Assembly (NCBI GenBank): GCA_963848135.1
Contig: CAWKCK010000005.1
Span: forward strand, 62,001-126,000
Source of the DNA: an uncultured delta proteobacterium
GTDB taxonomy: Bacteria > Desulfobacterota > Desulfobacteria > Desulfobacterales > SG8-13
DNA length: 64,000 nt
Direction of reading: 5' to 3'
The position numbers and the translations under genes are program-made. Numbering within the stretch: position 1 is the first letter of the stretch; every line of letters begins with the position of its first letter. Shown one piece after another: positions 31,335-41,069 of this stretch. The notes beneath the pieces are model-generated. The model ran no database searches, was not told where the DNA came from, and was given only the letters and a program-made list of their open reading frames with translations.

Positions 31335-32228
31335 TCAATTGCCCCGCGACTCGACCAACCGTAAAAGTTGATGGCCTCCCTGAGCGGACAAACCCAAACC
31401 GTCCAGATCGGCCTTGAGCCGGGCAGCGGTGCCGTAGCCGCCGAGATACCCATTCACCCGCGCCGCGGCGGTTGAGTTGGTAATGTCTTCAAAAGCGGGG
31501 TAAATCCTTGCAAACTCCTGCATCAGGCCTCTTTCCCGTTGGAGTCGATATTTCTGGTGATAATTCTCAGCCAGAGTGAAGCCTGAAAACGGCAGAATTT
31601 CCGTATGGATCTTTTTGCCGATGGTGGACGATTCGCGGTCTCTGCTCGCCAAAGCCAGTTTCTTCTGCTCATCATCGTGGTAGAAGACCGCCGCCATGTA
31701 TTGCCGGGACCAGGCCTTTGATGACGGCTCATGGCTTTTCCAGAACAGATCCAGCAGGTTTTCATAGGAAATCCGGGTGGAATCGTAATCGATCTGGATG
31801 GTTTCGGTGTGATCCCCCAGACTTTGATACGTGGGAGACGACTTGGTCCCCCCGGCATACCCCACCCGGGTTCTTATAACGCCTTCGATGCTCCCGAACC
31901 GGGAGTCGGGTCCCCAAAATCACCCCAGGGCAAAGGATGCCGTTTCGATATGGGCCGATTCGACCAAATCGACCGGTGGGATCAGCGCCCGCGGTTGTTT
32001 GGCCGCATCAGCGGCTGCGCCCGTTCGGTTGCCATTGATGTTATCCATTTTTATAGCCTCTCTATTGTCAGACACCTCGCAACCTGAAAATACCAGCAGG
32101 ACGAATACAAAGAGCATGCACAGCGGCCGCAGCCGTCCGCAGGGGCAGCCCCACAGTTCAACCGCAGTCTTTACCGTTGCGGCCCGGGTAGCCATAGCCG
32201 CGTGCAGTGGTGTCTTGTCAGTTGTCAT
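31335..32228 (-). CDS. msrA: Peptide methionine sulfoxide reductase A, selenocysteine form (TGA 31920-31922); start 32228 or 32117
   Basis: In-frame GCC CTG GGG TGA TTT TGG = ALG-U-FW (GCFW motif), continuing TRVGYAGG..GDHTE..AENYHQKY. Confidence 0.9.
31891..31905 (-). promoter_or_regulatory. Bacterial SECIS-like hairpin of msrA
   Basis: CTCCCG-GTT-CGGGAG starting 14 nt after the UGA; G-first loop. Confidence 0.7.
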
Positions 32229-32323
32229 CGTTAGATCGCGCCATCAGTCAACGAAACCCAACTTTCTCAGACAGTTACCGGTGGTACGGCCGCAATGGCC
32301 GCAACGCCGGTGGGCAAATCGAT

Positions 32324-32818
32324 TCAACCTTCACATTCCTCATCTCGATCACCCGACCCTCCTGATTTGGCGGGCCCCTCGTTAGAAAGGGAAGCGCGTA
32401 ATAAAACCCGTTTATGATCGATGTCTAAGCATGTTTTCGAGTATGTAATCTTATTTATAATCTTTCCATCTCTAAAGTGAATCACGTCGACCCCGCGTCG
32501 ACGCTCCCTGCCGCCATCAAATCCCCTCTCGTGCGAGGGCCACTCCAGCGCCCAGCGATAAAGGGCCTTCTGGGTCGTTTCGTCGATAAAGGTTTCCTCT
32601 TCTATGAACTTAAAATCGCCGTGGTTTGCGAACCAGGATTCCCAGGCCCTGCGCAATGCCTCTTTACCTTTGACCCGTCCACCGGTCCAGTTCTCGAAAA
32701 AAACGTCATTATGGAACAGTTGCATGACGGCGTCCAGGTCATGGTCGTTCCATGCCCGGTACCATTCATTGAGGATCTCTTGGATATCTTCTCTGATAAG
32801 TTTCACGGTCGTGCTCAC
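32324..32818 (-). CDS. SnoaL/NTF2-like protein
   Basis: AWNDHDLDAVM, GKEALR..W, GVDVIHFRDGKI. Confidence 0.88.
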   Translation of the reverse strand: MSTTVKLIREDIQEILNEWYRAWNDHDLDAVMQLFHNDVFFENWTGGRVKGKEALRRAWESWFANHGDFKFIEEETFIDETTQKALYRWALEWPSHERGFDGGRERRRGVDVIHFRDGKIINKITYSKTCLDIDHKRVLLRASLSNEGPAKSGGSGDRDEECEG

Positions 32819-32925
32819 TTTTATTGTTTGTCGCAGGAAATCCCGATTCCTTTCATAACTTACTGATAGGCGAAACCGGGTCGCGATATCCCCTTTCGCA
32901 TCTAACAGAGTTTTGCAGCAGAACC

Positions 32926-33153
32926 TTACAACTCCGACCGCACAAGGTTTGCACCGGCGGCAAGGCTCTGCAGCTTCCCCAAAGCAATCGCATAGGGAAT
33001 GGGTGCCATCCCGCAGTTTGTGCAGGGATAGAGACGTTCCGCATCCACATATGGCAGCGCGGCACGGATGGTGGCCGCCACTTGTTCGGGTGTCTCCACC
33101 CCGTCTGCCGTCACGGCCACCGACCCCACCAGCACGTCTTTGTCTTTCAGCAT
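32926..33153 (-). pseudogene. C-terminal fragment of cobalamin-independent methionine synthase (core/MesD-like)
   Basis: VETPEQVA..IRAAL, LYPCTNCGMAP, GKL.SL..GA; only 75 aa. Confidence 0.75.
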
Positions 33154-33273
33154 CAAAATACCTCCTTTGGGGTGGATGATCTATTTATCTACGGTATCCT
33201 AACTCTGTGATGGAAGCGGGCGAGCGCTATTTTTCGATTTGCAAGCCGTTATCGACAAGCCGACGCCCCCCGG

Positions 33274-33642
33274 TTAGCGACCGGGAACGATAATCCGCGA
33301 GTCGTTTTGGCGGCCACCTTGCTGCTGTTGCTGCTGCATTTTCTTGATTTTCTCTACGACCTCGGCTAAGGCAAGCTGCATAGCGGCCGGAAACTTATCC
33401 AGCGCTTCTTCAATCGTGCCGGCATCCAATTCAGATTGAATGGGAAGGGGCCCCTCCGGCGACATGAGTTGTGTCTGGCCGATAAAGATCGTTTGGCGGG
33501 CAGGATCCTCCGTTCCGTCCGGTTTCACCGGAACGAGGCGCCGGATTGAAGCAACCTTCAAATCGGTAATTGATTCTTCACGGTAAAGATTGTTCTTATT
33601 AACGGTAAAATCGATTTCGTCCACTCTTCTCTGATCACTCAT
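33274..33642 (-). CDS. Conserved hypothetical cytoplasmic protein
   Basis: NLYREESITDLKVASIRRLVPVKPDG..; C-terminal SRIIVPG; GAGG RBS. Confidence 0.82.
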   Translation of the reverse strand: MSDQRRVDEIDFTVNKNNLYREESITDLKVASIRRLVPVKPDGTEDPARQTIFIGQTQLMSPEGPLPIQSELDAGTIEEALDKFPAAMQLALAEVVEKIKKMQQQQQQGGRQNDSRIIVPGR

Positions 33643-33729
33643 TATTTACCTCAGATGGATAGGGTTAAATGCGGATTGCAAAATAATCACGATACAAAAA
33701 AAACCAAGTATGGTTATTGGCACAAATTT

Positions 33730-33758
33730 TTGACATTTGATGCAACCGTACTGATAAT
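33730..33758 (+). promoter_or_regulatory. Sigma-70 promoter for ppiB
   Basis: TTGACA-17-GATAAT. Confidence 0.55.
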
Positions 33759-33812
33759 CTATTGCGATTTCAACTATCGATTCGATTTTAAAAGTAGAAA
33801 AGGAGATTCGAC

Positions 33813-34310
33813 ATGGTCAAATTTGAAACCAGCATGGGCGATATTTTTCTGGAACTGGATGAGGACAAAGCCCCAAAGACTGTCGCCAACTTCCTCGAAT
33901 ATGTGTCCACCGGACATTATGAAGGCACCATCTTTCATCGTGTTATCGATGGGTTTATGATTCAGGGCGGTGGTATGAGCGCCGATATGAAAGAAAAACC
34001 GACCCAGCCACCGATAGAAAATGAAGCCGACAACGGACTTAAAAATGACGCCTACGCGGTGGCCATGGCCCGCACCGCCGATCCTCACAGTGCCACCGCG
34101 CAATTTTTTATCAATGTCAAAAACAACGATTTTTTGAACCACACGGGCAAGAACCCCCAGGGGTGGGGCTATACCGTCTTCGGCAAAGTGGCCAAAGGAC
34201 ACGGTGTCGTCAACAAGATCAAGGCCGTCTCAACCGGTCGCAGCGGCATGCACGATGACGTCCCCAAGGAGCCGGTGGTCATCAACAAGGTCGAGGTGGT
34301 AACGCCCTGA
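33813..34310 (+). CDS. ppiB: Cyclophilin-type peptidyl-prolyl isomerase
   Basis: [31 protein letters not shown]. Confidence 0.95.
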   Translation: MVKFETSMGDIFLELDEDKAPKTVANFLEYVSTGHYEGTIFHRVIDGFMIQGGGMSADMKEKPTQPPIENEADNGLKNDAYAVAMARTADPHSATAQFFINVKNNDFLNHTGKNPQGWGYTVFGKVAKGHGVVNKIKAVSTGRSGMHDDVPKEPVVINKVEVVTP

Positions 34311-34367
34311 CCGGCCGGCCGACAAGCCAATAAGGCCCGAGTGTCAATGACGTTGCCGGACGATTTG

Positions 34368-34408
34368 ACCTAATTTGAGCGATTGTCAAGGTTGCCGCAG
34401 ATACAAGG
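34368..34408 (+). repeat. Family A left-end fragment (41 bp)
   Basis: ACCTAATTTGAGCGATTGTCAAGGTTGCCGCAGATACAAGG, then diverges. Confidence 0.85.
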
Positions 34409-34608
34409 CTTGCGACTGGGCTTGTAAAGGCCAACATTTTTCGAAGGCACGCCATGTCCGTGTGGAGAACGCCTCATCGCAGCGCTTGGCGGATTCGTTC
34501 ATCAATTCGTCTTTCTATATCACGTTCAACAGGCTCTGCTGTCACGCGCCGACCAGAGATTTTTTTTTGGTCCTTGACAACTGCCAAATTATTGTTTCTA
34601 AACAGCCG

Positions 34609-35403
34609 ATGACCGATTGGCTTGCGATCATAATTCTTGGAATCATCGAAGGGATCACCGAGTTTCTGCCCATCTCTTCCACCGCCCATCTTCTCATTGC
34701 CGAGCGATGGCTTCCCCGTCAAAGCGATTTGTTCAATATCGTCATACAGAGCGGGGCCGTGATTGCCGTATTGCCGCTCTTTCCCGAACGGCTGCATCAG
34801 TTTGTCTTCGGCTGGCGTGAGAAAGCCACCCGGGATTACGCGTTAAAAATCCTCCTTGCCTTTGTCATCACAGGCATCGGTGGCCTGCTTCTGGACAGGG
34901 CCGGTTTTGAGTTACCGGAAGAACTGTGGCCGATCGCCTGGGCGCTCCTGGTGGGCGGTGTCGGTTTTCTACTCATCGAAATGTGGTTGCGCGGACGACA
35001 GCAACGGGATTCGATTACTTGGACGATTGCCGTCGTTGTCGGTGTCGGCCAACTTGTTGCAGCGGTGTTCCCTGGAACCTCACGTTCGGGTGCGACCATC
35101 CTGCTGATGCTGATGCTCGGAATGAGCCGGCCGGCCGCGACCGAGTTCTCCTTTCTCGTCGGTATTCCCACGATGCTCGCCGCCGGTGGGCTCAAGATTT
35201 ACCGGGCGCTGTATCATCCTCCAGTCGGTGCCGCTCCAGAACAATGGGGCATGGTTATCCTCGGTTTCCTGGTTTCCGCAGTGGTGTCATTCATCGCCGT
35301 AAAGTGGCTTCTGACCTATGTCAGGAGTCATACCTTTTCCATCTTCGGATGGTATCGCATCATCCTTGCAGTGCTGATATTTATCATTTTAATTGTTCGT
35401 TGA
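34609..35403 (+). CDS. uppP: Undecaprenyl-diphosphate phosphatase
   Basis: EGITEFLPISSTAH, PGTSRSGATI. Confidence 0.95.
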   Translation: MTDWLAIIILGIIEGITEFLPISSTAHLLIAERWLPRQSDLFNIVIQSGAVIAVLPLFPERLHQFVFGWREKATRDYALKILLAFVITGIGGLLLDRAGFELPEELWPIAWALLVGGVGFLLIEMWLRGRQQRDSITWTIAVVVGVGQLVAAVFPGTSRSGATILLMLMLGMSRPAATEFSFLVGIPTMLAAGGLKIYRALYHPPVGAAPEQWGMVILGFLVSAVVSFIAVKWLLTYVRSHTFSIFGWYRIILAVLIFIILIVR

Positions 35404-35587
35404 GTCACAGCGATAGGCAAGCGGCATGGTCCGGACCATCTTTTGGTTGGTCGGCCACTTAAATGCTTCTGTTTTCCCAAACACATTTCTTGGTGAAAAA
35501 GAGATTTGGTTACCATGCAACCGTAAAATATCGAGTAAGATTCACAATTTTCATCTCAGGCAAACGGGCATTAACAAGGACAAGACG

Positions 35588-36793
35588 ATGAAAACGGTTA
35601 CCGCAGCATTATTGATCCTACTGTCGGCCATACCGGCTGTTGCCGTCAATGTCGAAACACTTATTGCACCGGTGTCTGAACCGCTGCAAGCCGGACAAAA
35701 TGTAACGATCGGTGTCTATATTCACAACTTGGGCGAAGAATCGGTCGTCATGAGTTTGCCCGATCGCGTGACCTGCCTGATCAAATCCGGAAGCAAATCT
35801 GAACAGGTCACGGCATATGCCGAAGATCTCCTGCCAGAAGGATCTGTAACAATCGCTACGATGAGTTTCTTGAAAATCCGATACGTCCTTTTCGTTCCAG
35901 AAGGTTTTTCCGGACCGGTCCGTCTGGAATTTCCGGCTTTCGAGGGCGCATCGGTCCTACTGGCGGTAAGTGAAGCGCCTCTGCGCCATGTGGCGAAGGA
36001 AACTGCCGGGACTGCTGAAAACGAATCGGACATATTGCCCACCCTGAATGAAATCCAGTTGCTTTATCAGCCCTACCTCGTCAACTTATGGGCATACAAC
36101 CCCATGTATTTTCTGGTCGGTACCGATCCGAAAAACAGTAAGTTCCAGGTCAGTTTCAAATACCGGTTCTTCAATCCTGAAGGTTCTCTGGCTGAAAAAC
36201 TGCCCTGGATCTCCGGATTGCACTTCGCCTACACCCAGACCTCTTTCTGGGATTTGAAGTCGGATTCTCAACCGTTCGAAGACACCAGCTACAAACCTGA
36301 ATTCTTCCTGGTTACGCCGAACATAAGAACGTCAATTCCGGGAAGCAAAGGCTTCTTTCTCCAATCTGGTTTCCAGCACGAATCCAACGGCCGGGGCGGG
36401 GATCTGTCACGGAGTACGAATTTTCTGTACCTCAAACCGATGTTCATCTTTTACGACAAGGCAACCCAGCTCGGCCTGTATGCCGCCCCCAAGGTCTGGG
36501 CCTACGTGGCCAACAGCGATGATACGAATCCGGACCTGAGCGACTACAGGGGCTATTTCGACCTGGAATTAAAGTTCGGTAAAGCCGACAGTTTCGTTTT
36601 GGATTCCCACCTCGGCTGGGCCAAAAAAGGTGGATCGCTGCAGCTGGACCTCACCTATCCACTGGACAAACTGTTCTTCGACAACTTCGATCTCTATTTC
36701 CAGGTCCAGTATGTCAACGCGCTCGCGGAAAGTCTGTTGGACTACAGACAGCGGACCCGCGCCTTTCGTCTCGGTTTTGCTTTGATCAGGTAG
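35588..36793 (+). CDS. pldA: Outer-membrane phospholipase A with N-terminal extra domain
   Basis: Signal peptide; KFQVSFK, YTQTSFW, catalytic HESNG. Confidence 0.85.
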   Translation: MKTVTAALLILLSAIPAVAVNVETLIAPVSEPLQAGQNVTIGVYIHNLGEESVVMSLPDRVTCLIKSGSKSEQVTAYAEDLLPEGSVTIATMSFLKIRYVLFVPEGFSGPVRLEFPAFEGASVLLAVSEAPLRHVAKETAGTAENESDILPTLNEIQLLYQPYLVNLWAYNPMYFLVGTDPKNSKFQVSFKYRFFNPEGSLAEKLPWISGLHFAYTQTSFWDLKSDSQPFEDTSYKPEFFLVTPNIRTSIPGSKGFFLQSGFQHESNGRGGDLSRSTNFLYLKPMFIFYDKATQLGLYAAPKVWAYVANSDDTNPDLSDYRGYFDLELKFGKADSFVLDSHLGWAKKGGSLQLDLTYPLDKLFFDNFDLYFQVQYVNALAESLLDYRQRTRAFRLGFALIR

Positions 36794-36799
36794 AAAGAG

Positions 36800-37453
36800 G
36801 TGGTTGTGAACGCAAACGATATTCATGCGGTCGTCAGCATTCTGAAAGCGGAGGTCACTCAGTGGCAGGTCCCGGTGGTGGGACACTATGCTGACTCTCC
36901 CTTCACTGTGCTCATATCGTGTATTCTGTCACTGCGAACCCAGGACAAGACCACCCACGCAGCCAGTGAACGGTTGTTTCAGATGGCCCGGGATCCGCAA
37001 ACAATGGCCGATCTTCCCACTGCCACCATCGAGGAAACGATATATCCGGTGGGTTTTTACAGAACCAAAGCCGTAAACATCAAAGAAATCTGCCGCATTC
37101 TCCTGTCCGCATACGATGGGCAGGTCCCTGACGATTTGAATGAACTGCTCAAGCTGCCCGGTGTGGGTCGTAAAACCGCGAATCTGGTCATTACCATCGG
37201 CTACGGCAAACCTGGCATTTGCGTCGACACCCATGTCCACCGCATCACAAACCGCTGGGGATATGTCAGTACCAAGACAGCGGAAAAGACGGAGATGGCC
37301 CTGCGTCAAAAACTTCCCCGGCGGTATTGGCTGGTCATCAACGACCTTCTGGTGGCCTACGGTCAAAACCTCTGCAAACCCATTTCCCCGTTTTGCAGCC
37401 GGTGTCGCCTGCGGCGGTACTGTGCCCAAAAGGGTGTCAAGCACTCAAGGTAG
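36800..37453 (+). CDS. nth: Endonuclease III
   Basis: LPGVGRKTAN, VDTHVHR, C-x6-C-x2-C-x5-C. Confidence 0.95.
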   Translation: MVVNANDIHAVVSILKAEVTQWQVPVVGHYADSPFTVLISCILSLRTQDKTTHAASERLFQMARDPQTMADLPTATIEETIYPVGFYRTKAVNIKEICRILLSAYDGQVPDDLNELLKLPGVGRKTANLVITIGYGKPGICVDTHVHRITNRWGYVSTKTAEKTEMALRQKLPRRYWLVINDLLVAYGQNLCKPISPFCSRCRLRRYCAQKGVKHSR

Positions 37454-37487
37454 CCGTCCGGTTGAAATCAATATAAGAATTATCAAC

Positions 37488-37651
37488 ACCTAATTTGAGC
37501 GATTGTCGAGGTTGCCGCAGCTACAAGGAAGATGTCGTTCCGCTATAGTCAGCTATGCGGGACGGCATATGACGCGGTAGGTGCGGCAAGATCGGCAATC
37601 CCGAAGCGGTTTCAAATTTTAAATTTAATATTTGAAACGCTCATTTTAGGA
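37488..37651 (+). mobile_element. MITE-like repeat family A, copy 3
   Basis: Full-length match to copy 2. Confidence 0.92.
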
Positions 37652-37678
37652 TCAACTTAATTTTCAAAGGACAACAGG

Positions 37679-38137
37679 ATGATTGATATTGTAAAACGTT
37701 TCTTCGGCGGTTTGTCTGCTGAAGCTTCTTCACCGGAAAACGTTACCCCTCAACACGACGCCCGGGTAGCTGTCTGCGCATTACTGCTCGAGATGGCAAA
37801 AATCGACGAAACCTTCACCAGCGCTGAAATGTCACAGATCATTTCGATTCTGAAGGATAAATACGGGCTATTGGTCGAAGATGCCGAGGCCCTGATATCA
37901 GCCGCCGAACAGGAGCTTGATGGAAGCATCGACTACTGGCAATTTGCCCGCCTGATCAATGCTAACTACTCTACCGAAGAAAAGATCGACATCATTGAAA
38001 TGCTGTGGCGGATTGTCTTCGTCGACGGTAATATGGACAAGTACGAAAACCACCTGATGCACAAACTGGCCGACCTGTTAAGGCTGACCCATCAACAACT
38101 GATCGATGCAAAAATCAAAGTCCTTCGCTCAAAGTAG
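37679..38137 (+). CDS. TerB-family protein
   Basis: ALLLEMAKID, LWRIVFVDG..DKYE....HKLADLL. Confidence 0.88.
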   Translation: MIDIVKRFFGGLSAEASSPENVTPQHDARVAVCALLLEMAKIDETFTSAEMSQIISILKDKYGLLVEDAEALISAAEQELDGSIDYWQFARLINANYSTEEKIDIIEMLWRIVFVDGNMDKYENHLMHKLADLLRLTHQQLIDAKIKVLRSK

Positions 38138-38237
38138 ATCGTCCTCATTTTTCCTGCCCAACCGCATCGGCGATCGGAATGAATTCCGGGGACAGCGAAA
38201 ACCCATGTGTCACGATGCTACCAGCTTTACTGAGTTA

Positions 38238-38389
38238 GCCCGGAAATTTCATGCAATCTTTTCACCGACAAGCCAAAAAGATAAGTATCGGGACATTGGC
38301 CAAACTCACAAACCATATATCCGAGGGTCGCTTTGTACCTCTCCAAAACCGAATGAAAGAGCTGAAAAGATTTCATGAAATTTCCGGGA
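38238..38389. mobile_element. MITE family B, copy 1 (152 bp, TA-flanked)
   Basis: TA-GCCCGGAAATTTCATGCAATCTTTTCA ... TGAAAAGATTTCATGAAATTTCCGGGA-TA; 27-bp TIR with 2 mismatches. Confidence 0.85.
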
Positions 38390-38508
38390 TAGGGAGAGAC
38401 TTGACAATCGATCAGCTGAAATTAGTCTAGGATGGTCAGTACGGCAAGTATTTCGTTACAGCAAAAATTCACCCCAAGGACAGTGTACTTCGATCAGGAG
38501 GTAAAAAA

Positions 38509-39120
38509 ATGAAAGTTCTCGTCGTATTTTATTCAACTTACGGACATGTCTATCAGATGGCCAACGCTGTTGCCGAAGGCGCGCAAGAAATTTCCGGCGC
38601 AACGGTAGAGCTGAGGCGGGTCCCGGAAACGTTGCCGAGTGAAGTGCTTGAAAAAATGGGTGCCGTTGAGGCACAAAAAGTTTTTACTCATATACCTGTG
38701 TGCACAGTAGATGAACTGGCATCGGCCGATGCGATCATATTCGGGACACCGACCCGATTCGGTAACATGTGCGGGCAGATGCGGCAGTTTCTGGATGCGA
38801 CCGGCCAACTCTGGATGGAAGGAAAACTTGTGGGCAAAGTCGGCAGCGTCTTCGCCAGTACGGCCACCCAGCACGGCGGGCAAGAGGCTACCCTGCTGTC
38901 CTTTCACATAAGTCTGCTGCATCAGGGAATGGTTGTGGTGGGACTACCGTATGCGTTTCAGGGTCAGATGCGCAATGATGAGATCACCGGCGGTTCCCCT
39001 TACGGTGCAACGACCATCGCCGGTACTCAGGGGGAACGGACACCCACCGAAAATGAATTGGCTGGGGCACGGTTCCAGGGAAAGCATGTCGCCGCGATAG
39101 CCGCCAAGTTGGCCGGGTAA
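38509..39120 (+). CDS. wrbA: NAD(P)H:quinone oxidoreductase
   Basis: [29 protein letters not shown]. Confidence 0.96.
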   Translation: MKVLVVFYSTYGHVYQMANAVAEGAQEISGATVELRRVPETLPSEVLEKMGAVEAQKVFTHIPVCTVDELASADAIIFGTPTRFGNMCGQMRQFLDATGQLWMEGKLVGKVGSVFASTATQHGGQEATLLSFHISLLHQGMVVVGLPYAFQGQMRNDEITGGSPYGATTIAGTQGERTPTENELAGARFQGKHVAAIAAKLAG

Positions 39121-39380
39121 CGGCTAACGCCGTCAATTTCGCGCCGGCGGCGAGATTGACACCGAATCTGCAGGAAGCATGCTGGTTTTCATTTTCTGGG
39201 GGCCGGGCGTTATTTTAAGATCCGATCGGTCATCCCGCCCTGGCGGGGCATCGCTGCTTCGTAGCTCCGGAATATGGTACTGGGGTCAGCGGCAAATGAA
39301 AATTTTTAAAAACTCAGTGTCCTCTGCGACTGCGGTGAATACCTTCCAGCTGAAAAAGGCCATTTACGGCTGGGCAATAA

Positions 39381-40667
39381 TCACTTTCCGGCCCCTTTAC
39401 TCTTCATTATACTCAGCATGGTGTCATCGACCTTGGCCATGCCGATTTCGCTGATCCGACTCAGGTTCTGAATGGTTTCCTCGGCGGTCCGGCCAACAAA
39501 GCCCTCCGCCTCGGTAATGCCGTGGTTGTTCAGAGCCATGTATGCCGAGCGGATACCCGCATCGGTAGAGCTGACGACTTTCAGTGCGCAGCCGCCCTTG
39601 GCACCGTCGCAAAGCATGCCGCCCAAATCGCTGATCAAATTATTGACGGCAAAAGTGATCTTTGCCATGTCGTTGCCTTTACGCTGATACACAATGGCGA
39701 CGGCAGCACCGACACCGGCGGCAATGGAGCAGCCGCAAAGCGGTGACAGATCTCCCGTAAAACACTTGATGTAACTGTTCATCAGGTGGGAAAGTGCGAT
39801 GCTGCGCAAAATCTTTTTCTCGGATATTTTTACGTGCTTGCCGACGATGTAGGGGACCAGGATCGCCACGATTCCCTGGTTTCCACTGCCGCCGCTGGAC
39901 ATGACCGGCAGGCTCATTCCCGCCATGCGGGCATCTGAAGCAGACGCGACAAGGATCTTGCACGATGTAAAAATGTCATCGTGAAGATAGCCCTTTTTGA
40001 CCAGGTCGGTGAGGTAGTAACCAACTTTTTTTATCTTTCGCCCCTCTTCTGATATTTTCAAATTCATTTCGACGCCACGCTTGATGTAGGTGTAATCAGC
40101 GGCCTCCATATCCTCAGCGAGGGTAATCAGGTCATCGATTTTCAACTTGATCAACCTCTTTTTGTAGGGTTGGACGGTTTTGGGCCCGGTCACCCGGTCT
40201 CTTTTGATGACGGCCCGCCCGTTTTTTTCCAGCAGCACCAGGTGGGTATGCCCGTGAGCCAGTACCGCCCGCGCATTATCCTTGCCGGATGTTACACGAA
40301 CATCGACGTGCAGATCGGTTTTGGTGGCGTCATAGGTGATTGTCGCTCTGCCGGCTTGGATCATCTCCGCGGCGCGTGGGATCATGTCTTTTTTGACCCC
40401 TTCAAGGATCTCCATCTTCAGATCGGGTTGCCGAACATAAGCGCCGAGAACACCGGCGATTAAATTGCCTTTCTGGCCGTTCGTGTTGGGCACGGTTACG
40501 GCAAGCCCGTTTTTGTAAACCCCCGGATCGACGCATATCGTCACCGAGTCGATTTCACCGCTGATTTCCCTGGCGGCGACGCTTGCTGCATAGGCCACCG
40601 CAATCGGCTCGGTACAGCCCAGGGCTGGAAAGACTTCGTTATTCAGCACTTCCTTGAGAATGTTCAC
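39381..40667 (-). CDS. L-cysteine desulfidase / serine dehydratase alpha-like (YhaM/CdsB family)
   Basis: PALGCTEP, SDARMAG..PVMS.GGSGNQG, LCGC, GMLCDGAK.GCALK. Confidence 0.9.
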   Translation of the reverse strand: MNILKEVLNNEVFPALGCTEPIAVAYAASVAAREISGEIDSVTICVDPGVYKNGLAVTVPNTNGQKGNLIAGVLGAYVRQPDLKMEILEGVKKDMIPRAAEMIQAGRATITYDATKTDLHVDVRVTSGKDNARAVLAHGHTHLVLLEKNGRAVIKRDRVTGPKTVQPYKKRLIKLKIDDLITLAEDMEAADYTYIKRGVEMNLKISEEGRKIKKVGYYLTDLVKKGYLHDDIFTSCKILVASASDARMAGMSLPVMSSGGSGNQGIVAILVPYIVGKHVKISEKKILRSIALSHLMNSYIKCFTGDLSPLCGCSIAAGVGAAVAIVYQRKGNDMAKITFAVNNLISDLGGMLCDGAKGGCALKVVSSTDAGIRSAYMALNNHGITEAEGFVGRTAEETIQNLSRISEIGMAKVDDTMLSIMKSKGAGK

Positions 40668-41069
40668 TGTTTACTTCGTCTCCTATCGAACGGCGCCGTC
40701 ATCTATCCGAATATTACCCTTGCCCGCATTTTTAGTGATTCATATCTTATTAATGTAAATTCATAAATTAACCGCAAACGCACGCTGACATAACGCAGAC
40801 AATCCCTTTTTACCCGGGCGACATGCCCGGGCAAAAGATGCATGCCTTTCAGGCAGAAAAGCAGATGGCCTCGCGCAGCGACTGCTTGTTTTGCCTCCGC
40901 AGGTCGCGGAGGCAAAAAGTCTGTGGCCGTCAGCGTCTGTCGAGCGAACAAAGTGAGCGGGCGGCCAATTTAAAAACGCTATGATCCATGCATGAGCTTC
41001 GCATCAATTTACACCAACTAAATCGGAGAAGAACTAAAATTTTCATAAAAAGTGCGGGTTAAACATCGA

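Noticed and set aside
34375..34608. N-terminal extension of uppP
   Set aside because: Begins inside a repeat fragment; family similarity starts at 34609
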